A model generated the notes under the pieces. That model ran no database searches. It saw nothing but the letters and a program-made list of their open reading frames with translations, and was not told the origin of the DNA. Shown here piece after piece: positions 52,361 to 62,437 of a DNA stretch of 64,000 bases (position 1 is the stretch's first letter; every line of letters starts with the position of its first letter). The translations under genes were made by a program, and so were the position numbers. Origin of the DNA: an uncultured cyanobacterium (lineage in GTDB: Bacteria > Cyanobacteriota > Cyanobacteriia > Cyanobacteriales > Cyanobacteriaceae); assembly GCA_963710605.1 (NCBI GenBank), contig CAVQBA010000004.1, positions 832,001 to 896,000 on the forward strand, given 5' to 3'.

Positions 52361-52499
52361 CTAAAAGCTGAGTTCATTATCAATTATCAATAGAGCGAAT
52401 CATAATCATCTGTTTTTTAATGAAATAAATTAGCTCACTTTAAACAGAATATGTTAAAAATAAACCATATTTAATTTTTTCTATCATCGATCGTTCACA

Positions 52500-53258
52500 T
52501 TGCTAAAAAACATTAATCGTCTTTTTCCTTCCCCATGGTATTCAATGGGAATTTTAATTATTACTTTATTCTTAACATTTAGTCTGAGTTTGACAACATC
52601 AGCAAAAGAAGAGAAAAAACTACCACCGTTACAAATTTACCCTTTACCCATTTCTTTACAAAATTGGACAAGCGATAATCAAGATAACTATTTTGAGCAA
52701 ATTAAACCCCATCTAGTAGGTTCTTTAATTTGGACTAATTTTCCTGTTAAAGTGTACTTAGAGTCTCCTGAGAGTAATTTGTCAGCTTCAGCTTTATTAG
52801 AATTTGAGCAATGGCAAAAAGCGACACAAACAGCAATCAATATTTGGCATCCTTACTTATCAATGATGCAAATAGAAAACGAAACCGAAGCTGATATCCT
52901 TATTTATTTTTCTCAACCTGAATTCAAAGCGAAACTAAATCCCGAAACAGGTTTATACGATTTACCGAGAATTAAAGCGGCGACAACCTCGATTAAATTT
53001 TATGTAACTAAAACCAATCCTTCTCAACTCAAACATAAAATGACGATCGAAGTCAATCCTCGTCAAACATACGATTATTTAGTTAGTAATATTACCCATG
53101 AGTTAGGGCATGCTTTAGGTATTTGGGGGCATAGCGAAAATCCGCTCGATGTGATGTACTATGCTCATACTCAAGATATACCATCTTTATCCGTAAGAGA
53201 TATTAATACTTTAAAAAAAATTTATCAGCAACCTACTCGATTAATGAGTAATGAGTAA
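52500..53258 (+). CDS. Secreted zinc metallopeptidase (matrixin-like)
   Basis: Signal peptide; HELGHALGIWGHS...DVMY with Met-turn. Confidence 0.88.
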   Translation: MLKNINRLFPSPWYSMGILIITLFLTFSLSLTTSAKEEKKLPPLQIYPLPISLQNWTSDNQDNYFEQIKPHLVGSLIWTNFPVKVYLESPESNLSASALLEFEQWQKATQTAINIWHPYLSMMQIENETEADILIYFSQPEFKAKLNPETGLYDLPRIKAATTSIKFYVTKTNPSQLKHKMTIEVNPRQTYDYLVSNITHELGHALGIWGHSENPLDVMYYAHTQDIPSLSVRDINTLKKIYQQPTRLMSNE

Positions 53259-53278
53259 TGAGTAAGAAGTAATGAGTA

Positions 53279-53731
53279 CTAATTTAATTGTCCATTGTTA
53301 AACGTTTCTACATAACTCCTAAAACGTTCTAAATCAGCTTCTAAAGTTGATTCTACCACTTGACCTAAAAATAAATTATCCATTAGTTTACCTAGAATAC
53401 CGGGAATAGCATAAGCCACAGTTAACTTAACAATACTACTTTGAGGTCGATCGTAAAAGCGGATAGCCCCACGGTTAGGCAAACCATCAACAGATTCCCA
53501 TTGAATAATTTGATTTGTTTGTAACTTCACAATACGAGATAACCAGCTAAATTCAAAACGCCCTGTCGCCAATTTCCAACGAGATAAATCAGGATTATCA
53601 GCCAAAATTGAAACTGAATCTATCCATTTCATCCATTTAGGCATTTGTTCTAAATCTGACCATAAACTCCAAACTAAGTCTGTAGAAGCATCAACCTCTA
53701 CTTGTACTGTATGTTCTAACCAATTACTCAT
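53279..53731 (-). CDS. SRPBCC/polyketide cyclase family protein
   Basis: WLEHTVQVEV, W.DLEQMP.WM and WESVDGLPNRG. Confidence 0.9.
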   Translation of the reverse strand: MSNWLEHTVQVEVDASTDLVWSLWSDLEQMPKWMKWIDSVSILADNPDLSRWKLATGRFEFSWLSRIVKLQTNQIIQWESVDGLPNRGAIRFYDRPQSSIVKLTVAYAIPGILGKLMDNLFLGQVVESTLEADLERFRSYVETFNNGQLN

Positions 53732-53881
53732 CCGTTTATTTATGCTTTATCTTTGATAAAACTATCTGCACTATCTATAACGCTCTATTATAATTGAGAA
53801 TTAATACTTTTACCTAACATTAATGGTGATAGTCAAAGATACGATCGTTTGTCTAAATCAGCTAAAATTATGAACAATAAC

Positions 53882-54152
53882 TTTAAAGTGGTGCTGAAAA
53901 ATAGAACAACGGCTATCCACTTAAAAAGATTAAAATCAAAAAAATAAATCAAAAGCCAAAACAAATGATTAAAGGATGGATAACTCTATTCTCACCCAAA
54001 AATAAAGATCAAGATAAGCACGCACCTCGTTTTTGCAGAAAAAACGAATGGGTAATAATATTTTAGGTTAGGTTAAAGCCTCAAACAAAGAATAAAACCT
54101 TTAATCAAAGATGGGTTAACTCTCTAGATGGGCGATAACTTATTTGAGAGTT
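53882..54152 (-). ncRNA. Candidate structured non-coding RNA (strand uncertain)
   Basis: Several nested complementary stems and a repeated CCATC/CCCAT motif in an ORF-free interval (see findings). Confidence 0.4.
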
Positions 54153-54284
54153 GAAATTTATAAGATTTGAATATTCAGTTTATCTACTATTATTTTTGAG
54201 TCTATTTAAAAAGTAAATTAATCGATTAGTTTTTTGATAAAAATAGATTAATAATAAATGATTATATTCAAAAATTTATTCACA

Positions 54285-54394
54285 TATAGCAATTATCACC
54301 ATTACGAGGTACATATTGATCCCCCGCTCATCCCCCTTATTAAGGGGGACTTGTCGATCGCTAACTGTACTTCACAAGTATGGGAAACGCTATA
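54285..54394 (-). mobile_element. MITE-like element, family A, copy 2 (inverted)
   Basis: Reverse complement begins tatagcgtttcccata and ends taatggtgataattgctata, as in 21344-21488; internal cccccttattaaggggg hairpin. Confidence 0.75.
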
Positions 54395-54584
54395 TTTAGA
54401 TGATTTACTTGGTTTAATCTAAACTAGACATTTTAGTCAATTGTGGTTACTTTTTTTGATTTTACTACTGAATTATTTAATAAAATTTTTACTTAAACGA
54501 TATTAGATAAATACTTTTCAATAAATTTGAATTATTTTTTCTCTACATTTATTCACAATTAAAATAAGTTAATAATAAATAACT

Positions 54585-57497
54585 ATGAACTTGCCAAGTT
54601 TGGATTTTAAAACTATTTTTCCTTACAAGTTAGACGGCTTTCAAAAAGAAGCGATTCAATATTTAGATGAAGATAAATCAGTTGTTGTTACTGCCCCTAC
54701 AGGTTCGGGTAAAACTTTAATTGGCGAATATGCTATTTTTCTTGCTTTGAATAGTGGTAAAAGAGTATTTTATACTACTCCTTTAAAAGCACTTTCTAAC
54801 CAAAAATTTCGTGATTTTCAAAACAAATTCGGTCGGACTCCTATTCCTAATTCTAATCTTTTTACTGAAGTTGGTTTAATTACAGGAGATACTCGAATCA
54901 ATCCTGATGCACCTGTGGTGGTGATGACCACCGAAATTTATCGGAATATGCTTTATAGTACTCCTATTGGTGAAGTCGGAACTTCTATTCGTAATGTCAA
55001 AGCCGTCATTTTAGATGAATGTCATTATATCAGTAATCAAGGTAGAGGTACAGTTTGGGAAGAATCGATTATTTATTCTCCTGCTCAAATGCAGTTAGTT
55101 GCTTTATCAGCGACTATCGGTAATGGCGAACAATTATGTGAATGGATTAATAATGTTCGTATCTCTCATAGTGTTGATCAGCAATATAGTAAATGTATGT
55201 TGATTAAATCAGATTATCGCCCTGTACCATTGAATTTTCATTTTAGTCATGCACGGGGTTTGTTTGCTTTATTTAATGATAATCAAAAGTTAAATCCTAA
55301 ATTAAAACGATATTTAGCTACTAATAGAAGAGGTAAATTTAATCAAAAAGATTGCCCTAATGTGAAAACGATCGTTAAACAATTAAGTAGTAGTGATATG
55401 CTTCCGGCTATCTACATCATTTTTAGCCGTCGTGGTTGTGATCAAGCTGTAGAATCATTAGCTTACGTTAATTTAGTAACAGTAGAAGAAAGTAAAAAAA
55501 TCTTGCTTTATCTACTTCATTTTTTACTAATTGAAAACTTTGATTTACAAGAAAAAGTAACCGAATTTGCTCATAAAGAACATGAAATTGCTCACGAAAA
55601 AATCATGTCTTTTTTAGCGAATAATCAAAATGCCCCTGAAGAATTAGTTAATTATTTAATCGAAAAACCCTTATTTAAAGAACGCTTACTTAGGTTTTTA
55701 GCTGAAAATAGCGAATTAGTTAGAAATAGCCAAATAGAACCCTTAACTAGAGGAATAGCCGCTCACCATGCCGGAATATTACCCGCTTGGAAAGAATTAG
55801 TCGAGCGATTATTTGAATTAGGTTTAGTCAAAATTGTTTTTGCAACTGCGACTTTAGCCGCCGGGATTAATATGCCTGCTCGTACAACTGTTATTTCTGC
55901 CCTGAAAAAAAGAAGCGACAACGGACTTCGTTATTTAACTCCTTCAGAATTTTTACAAATTGCCGGTAGAGCAGGTAGAAGAGGAATGGATGAGGTGGGA
56001 TATGTAATTACAGTTCAAACACCTTTTGAAGGAGCATTAGTCGCCTCTAAGTTAGCTAAAGCACCACCTGAACCTTTGAGTAGTCAGTTTGCTCCTAGTT
56101 ACGGTATGGTTCTTAATTTACTTCAAAAACACTCAATTACTGAAGTTAAAAAATTGTTGGAGTTAAGTTTTGCTGAATATTTAGCTCAGTTACAATTAAA
56201 TCCTCAAGAAGAAGCGATCGCTTCTTATACAACAGAAATAACTCGTTTAGATATGAACTTGGCTAGTTTTGACAGTCGGGAAATATCACAATACGAAAAA
56301 CTGAAAGAAAGAAGAAAGCAAGAAAAGAAAATTTTTAAATTATTCAAAAAAAATTGGTTAGAACAAAAACAAAGAGTAATTCGACCATATCTAGATCAAT
56401 TATCACCCGGACATATTCTCAATTTATGTCGAGAAAATAAAAGACATCCTTATCAAATAGAAGCAACTTTTGTTAGTTATGTAGTTAACGAAAAAGTGAA
56501 GTTTTTGCTTTGCTTAGGTAAAGATAATAATTGGTATCTCGCTGTGTTTCAAGATGTAAGTGATCTTAATTCAGCTCAAATACCTAGTTCGATCGTTGAA
56601 CAATCATATTTGCCTGAGATAGAAGATGTCAAGGTGGGTATGTTATGTCATGGTGATGAAACTACTCTTGCGATAGCTAACTTAATTAGTGAATACGCTC
56701 AACCTTATTCTACTGATAATGAAGAAATTGTCTCACAACAACAAAGGATAAATGAAGTTAACGAAATGATTACTAATCATCCTTTAGACAAAATTCCTAA
56801 CATGAGTACAATCCTCAAAAACCATCGCAAACGTCAGCAACTACAACAAGAATTAAGCAAAATCCAAAGTCAATACCAACGTTATAAAGCAAATAGCTCT
56901 TATTATTGGCAAGAATTTATGGCTTTAATTGATATTTTAAGAGAATTTGGAGCATTAATTGAATATACGCCTACCTCTTTAGGAGAAGCCGCCGCTGTCA
57001 TTAGAGGCGAAAATCAATTATGGTTGGGATTAGCTTTTATGTCGTCTCGTTTAGATAATCTTTTACCACATCATTTAGCAGGAGTCGTCACCGCTTTGAT
57101 TACTGAACCAATTAGAGGAGACGCGTGGGTAGGTTATAATGCTTCGATCGAAGTTTTAGATGTATTAGGATTACGAAAAACAGACGAGTTAAATTCTGAT
57201 CCTAATTCTGAGTTAGGAGAAATACGCCGTAAATTATATCAAGCTCAAACTCGTCGTGAAATTGCGATGCCTGTCTGGTTAGAAAGAGATTTAATTGGTT
57301 TATCCGAAGCATGGTGTCAAGGAGCAACTTGGGATGAAATTTGTGCTAATACTACTCTAGATGAAGGGGATATAGTTCGTATTTTAAGACGTACGGTTGA
57401 TATTTTGATGCAAATTCCTCAAATACCAGCAGTCAGTTATAGTTTGATTACTAATGCTAAAGATGCTAGCGAAAAAATGAAACGTTTTCCGATTTAA
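54585..57497 (+). CDS. Ski2/HelY-like DEAD/DEAH RNA helicase
   Basis: APTGSGKT, PLKALSNQK, DECH, SAT, AGRAGRRG and a DSHCT-type C-terminus (DEGDIVRILRRT). Confidence 0.93.
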   Translation: MNLPSLDFKTIFPYKLDGFQKEAIQYLDEDKSVVVTAPTGSGKTLIGEYAIFLALNSGKRVFYTTPLKALSNQKFRDFQNKFGRTPIPNSNLFTEVGLITGDTRINPDAPVVVMTTEIYRNMLYSTPIGEVGTSIRNVKAVILDECHYISNQGRGTVWEESIIYSPAQMQLVALSATIGNGEQLCEWINNVRISHSVDQQYSKCMLIKSDYRPVPLNFHFSHARGLFALFNDNQKLNPKLKRYLATNRRGKFNQKDCPNVKTIVKQLSSSDMLPAIYIIFSRRGCDQAVESLAYVNLVTVEESKKILLYLLHFLLIENFDLQEKVTEFAHKEHEIAHEKIMSFLANNQNAPEELVNYLIEKPLFKERLLRFLAENSELVRNSQIEPLTRGIAAHHAGILPAWKELVERLFELGLVKIVFATATLAAGINMPARTTVISALKKRSDNGLRYLTPSEFLQIAGRAGRRGMDEVGYVITVQTPFEGALVASKLAKAPPEPLSSQFAPSYGMVLNLLQKHSITEVKKLLELSFAEYLAQLQLNPQEEAIASYTTEITRLDMNLASFDSREISQYEKLKERRKQEKKIFKLFKKNWLEQKQRVIRPYLDQLSPGHILNLCRENKRHPYQIEATFVSYVVNEKVKFLLCLGKDNNWYLAVFQDVSDLNSAQIPSSIVEQSYLPEIEDVKVGMLCHGDETTLAIANLISEYAQPYSTDNEEIVSQQQRINEVNEMITNHPLDKIPNMSTILKNHRKRQQLQQELSKIQSQYQRYKANSSYYWQEFMALIDILREFGALIEYTPTSLGEAAAVIRGENQLWLGLAFMSSRLDNLLPHHLAGVVTALITEPIRGDAWVGYNASIEVLDVLGLRKTDELNSDPNSELGEIRRKLYQAQTRREIAMPVWLERDLIGLSEAWCQGATWDEICANTTLDEGDIVRILRRTVDILMQIPQIPAVSYSLITNAKDASEKMKRFPI

Positions 57498-57792
57498 TTG
57501 GAATTGAAAAGCCTAAAGTTAGCTCATATTTAATTTTCTGAGTGAATAATTAGGTTTTTCTTTTTTACTCAAATAATTAAACGTCAAAAAGCTTAAGTTC
57601 GTAGTGAGGGCTATTGCCCTTATCTTAATAGTTTTTGAGACACCATTAGGGGTAACTACAAACTTTCTTTTATTTAGGTTAAGCTACTTAATCGATAAAT
57701 AAAAGATAGCAACTAACACGATATCCTTTCTTGTATTCAGCAATTTTTTTTTCAATATAGAGTAGGTAAATTATTCAAAGCTAACCTACTCA

Positions 57793-57905
57793 GTAGTTGT
57801 TTAAGTTAAGTTTGAGACAGTATAAAAACAGTATAAAGAAGAAAATAAAACCCGCTTTGCAATGAATTGACAAGGCTAATAGATACCGTTTAATAAATTA
57901 AACTC
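57793..57905 (+). repeat. Family B dispersed repeat, copy 2
   Basis: Similar to 7373-7468, with an internal acagtataaa duplication. Confidence 0.8.
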
Positions 57906-58140
57906 AAAGAAAATATTATCAAATTATCTCATTCTTATTTTAATTAACTCTAGTAGTTCAAGAGTATATCTTAAGCACAATTGTAGGTACGATCGAGATA
58001 AATTGTACGATCGATGCAACAATTAAACTAGACGATAAAATTTGTAAGTTAGATAATCTGATGAGAGAGTTTAAGACTAACTGATAAATTTTGAAGTTGG
58101 AACATAACATAAAACGATCGTAATCTATTACAAATAATAC

Positions 58141-59127
58141 ATGAGAGAAACTAATAGTATTTTCAAGATAGCAGGAGAAGAGGTATTACCCGGCAAGACA
58201 ACCCAAATTCAAATACCGATCGCTAGACTACCAACACAAACTTTAATCTCTTTACCAGTCACAGTAATAAACGGTAATGAATCAGGAGCAAAATTGTGGA
58301 TTAGTGCTGCCATTCACGGAGATGAAATTAATGGAGTCGAAATCATTCGTCAAGTTGTCTCCCAAATAGATGTACGTAAATTAAAAGGTACAATAATAGC
58401 TGTACCAATTGTAAATGTATTTGGATTTATCGATCAATCTCGTTACTTACCAGACAGACGAGACTTAAATCGTAGCTTCCCCGGTTCAGAAAATGGCTCT
58501 TTAGCTTCTCGTTTAGCCAATTTATTTATGCGTGAAATAGTCAACCGATGCACCCACGGAATTGATTTACACACAGCGGCTATTCACCGAATTAATTTAC
58601 CTCAAATCCGAGCTAATTTAGAAAATTCCGAAACTTATCGTTGTGCTAAAGCTTTTGGTAGTCCGGTTATGATTCATTCTAATACCCGTGATGGTTCGTT
58701 AAGACAAGCTGTTAGTAATAAAGGTTTACCCATCTTACTTTACGAGGCAGGAGAAGCTTTACGTTTTGATAAAGATGCGATCGATGCTGGGGTAAAAGGT
58801 GTATTTAGGGTAATGAAAGAATTAGATATGTATAATTTATCCACAGCTAACCAGCCAACACAAGAAGAGGATTCTTTGCAAGTAGAGCAATCAAAATGGG
58901 TGCGTGCTTCTCGTAGTGGTATTTTTATTATTCAAACTAAATTAGGTGAAATAGTCGAGAGAAAACAAGTTATTGGTATCATCACTGATGCTTTAGGCAA
59001 TAATACTATTAAGGTAAAATCGCCTTTAACAGGAATAGTAATCGGACACGTCCAAAATCCATTGGTAAATCAAGGTGATGCTTTAATTCATGTCGGTCAA
59101 ACCATTGATAAAATTGCGGATAAATAA
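58141..59127 (+). CDS. Succinylglutamate desuccinylase/aspartoacylase family protein
   Basis: AAIHGDEING, RDLNRSFPG, IDLH and YEAGE. Confidence 0.92.
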   Translation: MRETNSIFKIAGEEVLPGKTTQIQIPIARLPTQTLISLPVTVINGNESGAKLWISAAIHGDEINGVEIIRQVVSQIDVRKLKGTIIAVPIVNVFGFIDQSRYLPDRRDLNRSFPGSENGSLASRLANLFMREIVNRCTHGIDLHTAAIHRINLPQIRANLENSETYRCAKAFGSPVMIHSNTRDGSLRQAVSNKGLPILLYEAGEALRFDKDAIDAGVKGVFRVMKELDMYNLSTANQPTQEEDSLQVEQSKWVRASRSGIFIIQTKLGEIVERKQVIGIITDALGNNTIKVKSPLTGIVIGHVQNPLVNQGDALIHVGQTIDKIADK

Positions 59128-59233
59128 CGAGATTGATGACAATATTTTTACTGTAGGGGTGTAAGCGGTCAAATTAATTTTTATAATCGAAGATAGATAA
59201 ATAAATTTATTTGACTATTAATATTTTGCTCTA

Positions 59234-59908
59234 ATGAAAAAAGTTATTTTTTTGGGGATTGCCTTATTATTTGTTGCTTACGCTACCTTTGTTGCCCCTC
59301 CACAACAACCAGATACCTTTGACTTGATTACCGATTTATCGACAGGTAAATGGGAAGGAATTAACCCTTATGTTATTTGCTTGTTTAATATCATGGGTGT
59401 TTTACCGTTAATTGATGCTTCTTTCTTACTTATTGATGGTGAAGCACAACCTAATATCAAAGCCGCCCCTTTTGTCGGAATTAGTTTTGGTGTCGGTGCA
59501 TTTGCTTTATTACCTTATTTTGCTTTTCGTAGTGATAAGCCAGAATTTACAGGCGAAAAAAATTGGCTACTAAAAATACTTGATTCTCGATTATATGCGA
59601 TCGTTACAACTATTGCTTGTTTTAGTTTAATTTTCATTGCCATTACTCAAGGAAACTGGTCAGATTTTGTCGCCCAATGGCATACCAGTAAATTTATTCA
59701 TGTTATGAGTTTGGACTTTTTATGTTTGTGTTTACTTTTTCCTGCCATAGTTGGTGATGATATGAAAAAACGTGGCATTTATGACTCCAAGAAGTTTTGG
59801 TTGGTTACTTTACTTCCATTGTTCGGTACTTTAATTTATACTTGTCTTCGTCCTTCTCTTGAAAGTCGTCAAAATGATCATGTTAATCTAGTAAATAAAC
59901 CCAGCTAG
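59234..59908 (+). CDS. DUF2834-like membrane protein
   Basis: Multi-TM; GAFALLPY and FIHVMSLDF...DDMKKRG. Confidence 0.75.
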   Translation: MKKVIFLGIALLFVAYATFVAPPQQPDTFDLITDLSTGKWEGINPYVICLFNIMGVLPLIDASFLLIDGEAQPNIKAAPFVGISFGVGAFALLPYFAFRSDKPEFTGEKNWLLKILDSRLYAIVTTIACFSLIFIAITQGNWSDFVAQWHTSKFIHVMSLDFLCLCLLFPAIVGDDMKKRGIYDSKKFWLVTLLPLFGTLIYTCLRPSLESRQNDHVNLVNKPS

Positions 59909-59951
59909 AAACGATAAATTAAGATTATTAATTATTACAACTACATTACTT

Positions 59952-60197
59952 ATGGACTATCGAATCAAAAGAATAAAAGCTAGAAAACCCCGTACTATAG
60001 CAGATAAATTAGATGATCAAGTCGATAAAATAGTCTATAAAGTAATGACTAACGAGGGTTTAGAAGAAAGTATTAGTAGAGCAATTAAAAAAGCCCTTGT
60101 TGAATTAGTCGCTCGTTATTTTTTACTAATTGGTTTTTTAGTTTTACTCATTTTATCCTTACAAGTAGCAATCTTTATAATGATAGTTAACAGTTAA
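59952..60197 (+). CDS. Small hypothetical protein with C-terminal TM
   Basis: 81-aa ORF with a hydrophobic tail. Confidence 0.6.
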   Translation: MDYRIKRIKARKPRTIADKLDDQVDKIVYKVMTNEGLEESISRAIKKALVELVARYFLLIGFLVLLILSLQVAIFIMIVNS

Positions 60198-60345
60198 GAG
60201 TTAAGAGTTAAGAGTTAAGAGTATTTAGGGTAATTTTATTAGTAATAAATATTATATCTCTGTGCTTTATTTTACTATTTTTAGTAAATTGTTTACTTGT
60301 CAATTTTTGTTTATCATCCCTTAATTTATAATCTTAATAATAACT

Positions 60346-60471
60346 AATTATGAGGTACATTTATTATTTTCAAATCCTCCATTCTTCCCTTAAAGGAGAA
60401 ATACCAAAGGTAGAAGGTTTGGGAAATTTAGAGTGATAGTTTTGCACTTGTTCGATGTAATTATTGCTATA
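60346..60471 (+). mobile_element. Family A MITE, degenerate copy
   Basis: aattatgaggtacatttattatt...cccttaaagg...tttgcactt...attgctata aligns along 21359-21488. Confidence 0.6.
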
Positions 60472-60529
60472 ATAAATTAACCCAATTGTCAATTATTAAT
60501 TATTAATTATTAATTATTAATTATTTTTT

Positions 60530-62140
60530 ATGAATGTTTTTCCAGAAGAGAAATTATTATTTACACCCACTGCTAATGACCATAATGCCGTACCTTTAAT
60601 TTTTGCTTTCCCGAATGAATATACTGTTGGTATTACTAGTTTAGGTTATCAATTAGTTTGGGCAAATTTTTCTGTTAGAAGTGATGTTGCGGTTAGTCGT
60701 CTTTTTACTGATGCTCATGAAAACTTACCTCGGAATCCTGAATTAGTTGGCTTTTCTTTTTCTTGGGAATTAGATTATGTTAATATTTTAAATTTATTAG
60801 AGTTTTTAAACATTCCTCTTCGTAGTCAAGATCGTAATGATAATCATCCTTTAATATTTGGTGGCGGTCCTGTTTTTACTGCTAATCCTGAACCTTTCGC
60901 TGATTTTTTTGATATTATTCTTTTAGGTGATGGCGAAAATTTGTTAGATAATTTTATCGATCGTTATCAACAAATTCGTTATGGAAATAGAACTGAAAAA
61001 CTTAGTTATTTAGCACAAGAAGCTGGCGTTTATATTCCTAGTTTATACAATGTTACCTATCAAGAAAAAGATGGTAAAATAGCCAGTATTGAACCGAACA
61101 ATAAAGATATTCCTAGCTATGTAGAAAAACAAACTTATCGAGGTAATGTTTTATCCGCATCAACAGTCGTTACTGCTAAAGCCGCTTGGGAAAATATTTA
61201 CATGATAGAAGTAGTTAGAAGTTGCCCTGAAATGTGTCGTTTTTGTTTAGCGAGTTATCTTACCTTACCCTTTCGGACAGCTAGTTTAGAAGACTCTTTA
61301 ATCCCATCTATCAATCAAGGGTTAAAAGTGACAAATCGTCTCGGTTTACTAGGTGCATCGGTTACACAGCACCCGCAGTTTGAAGAATTATTAGACTATC
61401 TTGGACAATCTCAATTTGATGGTGTACGGGTAAGTCTTTCTTCGGTGAGAACAAATACTGTAACTGAAAAATTAGCTAGTTTGTTAAGTAAAAGAGATAG
61501 TCGATCGATTACAATAGCGATCGAAAGTGGTTCTGCTAAAATCAGGGATATTATCAACAAAAAACTCGATAATGAATCAATTATCGAAGCGGCAGTCAAT
61601 GCCCAAGCTGGAGGCTTAAAAGCAATCAAATTTTACGGCATGGTTGGTTTACCAGAAGAAGACACCGCAGACTTAGATGCCACTATCGAGATGATGAAAC
61701 AAGTCAAAAAAGCCGCACCTAAATTAAGAGTAACCCTTGGATGCAGTACTTTTGTTCCTAAATCTCATACTCCTTTTCAATGGTTAGGCATAAATCCAGC
61801 TAGTAAAAAAAGATTGCAGTATCTGGAGAAAAACTTGCGTAAAATTGGGGTTGATTTTCGTCCTGAAAGTTATAATTGGTCTGTGATTCAAGGCTTAATT
61901 TCTCGTGGCAATCGTCGATTAAGTAAACTACTCGAACTAACTCGTCATTATGGAGATACTTTAGGTAGTTATAAAAGGGCATTTAAAGAGCTTAAAGGAG
62001 AAATACCCCCTCTAGACTATTATGTCCATCAGACATGGGATACAGAACAAACTTTGCCTTGGCAACATCTCAAAACTGCTATTCCTCAAGAGACATTAAT
62101 CAAACATCTTCAGCAATCTTTACCTAATCCATTAAAATGA
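60530..62140 (+). CDS. B12-binding-domain radical SAM protein
   Basis: RSCPEMCRFC CxxxCxxC motif, GGPVFTANPEP and FVPKSHTPFQW. Confidence 0.92.
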   Translation: MNVFPEEKLLFTPTANDHNAVPLIFAFPNEYTVGITSLGYQLVWANFSVRSDVAVSRLFTDAHENLPRNPELVGFSFSWELDYVNILNLLEFLNIPLRSQDRNDNHPLIFGGGPVFTANPEPFADFFDIILLGDGENLLDNFIDRYQQIRYGNRTEKLSYLAQEAGVYIPSLYNVTYQEKDGKIASIEPNNKDIPSYVEKQTYRGNVLSASTVVTAKAAWENIYMIEVVRSCPEMCRFCLASYLTLPFRTASLEDSLIPSINQGLKVTNRLGLLGASVTQHPQFEELLDYLGQSQFDGVRVSLSSVRTNTVTEKLASLLSKRDSRSITIAIESGSAKIRDIINKKLDNESIIEAAVNAQAGGLKAIKFYGMVGLPEEDTADLDATIEMMKQVKKAAPKLRVTLGCSTFVPKSHTPFQWLGINPASKKRLQYLEKNLRKIGVDFRPESYNWSVIQGLISRGNRRLSKLLELTRHYGDTLGSYKRAFKELKGEIPPLDYYVHQTWDTEQTLPWQHLKTAIPQETLIKHLQQSLPNPLK

Positions 62141-62437
62141 TTACATTAATAAGATTATGTATTATCATTTTTTTATTTATTAAAACAAGTATTTATAAAA
62201 CCTTAATCTGTTTAGTTTAAACACAACTATAAAGATTAGCTATTTGCGTTCTAAATAATAGCTACATTAAAAAGATATTTGAGAAATTTAACTTGAATAA
62301 AATATAATAAATAATTAAAATATAAAATTTATTATTTTTTCGTATTTGTTTAATTTTAAATTTATAAAAAGAAAAAACACCACAGCGATAATAAAAATAA
62401 GACTAACTATTTTCGTTATAAAATATGAGTTAGTAAA

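Noticed and set aside
55490..55730. Helical insertion in the helicase, or Lys/Ser-rich linker in ParC, as an intein
   Set aside because: No intein terminal motifs (C/S start, HN-C/S/T end) or homing endonuclease motifs; they look like ordinary lineage-specific inserts.
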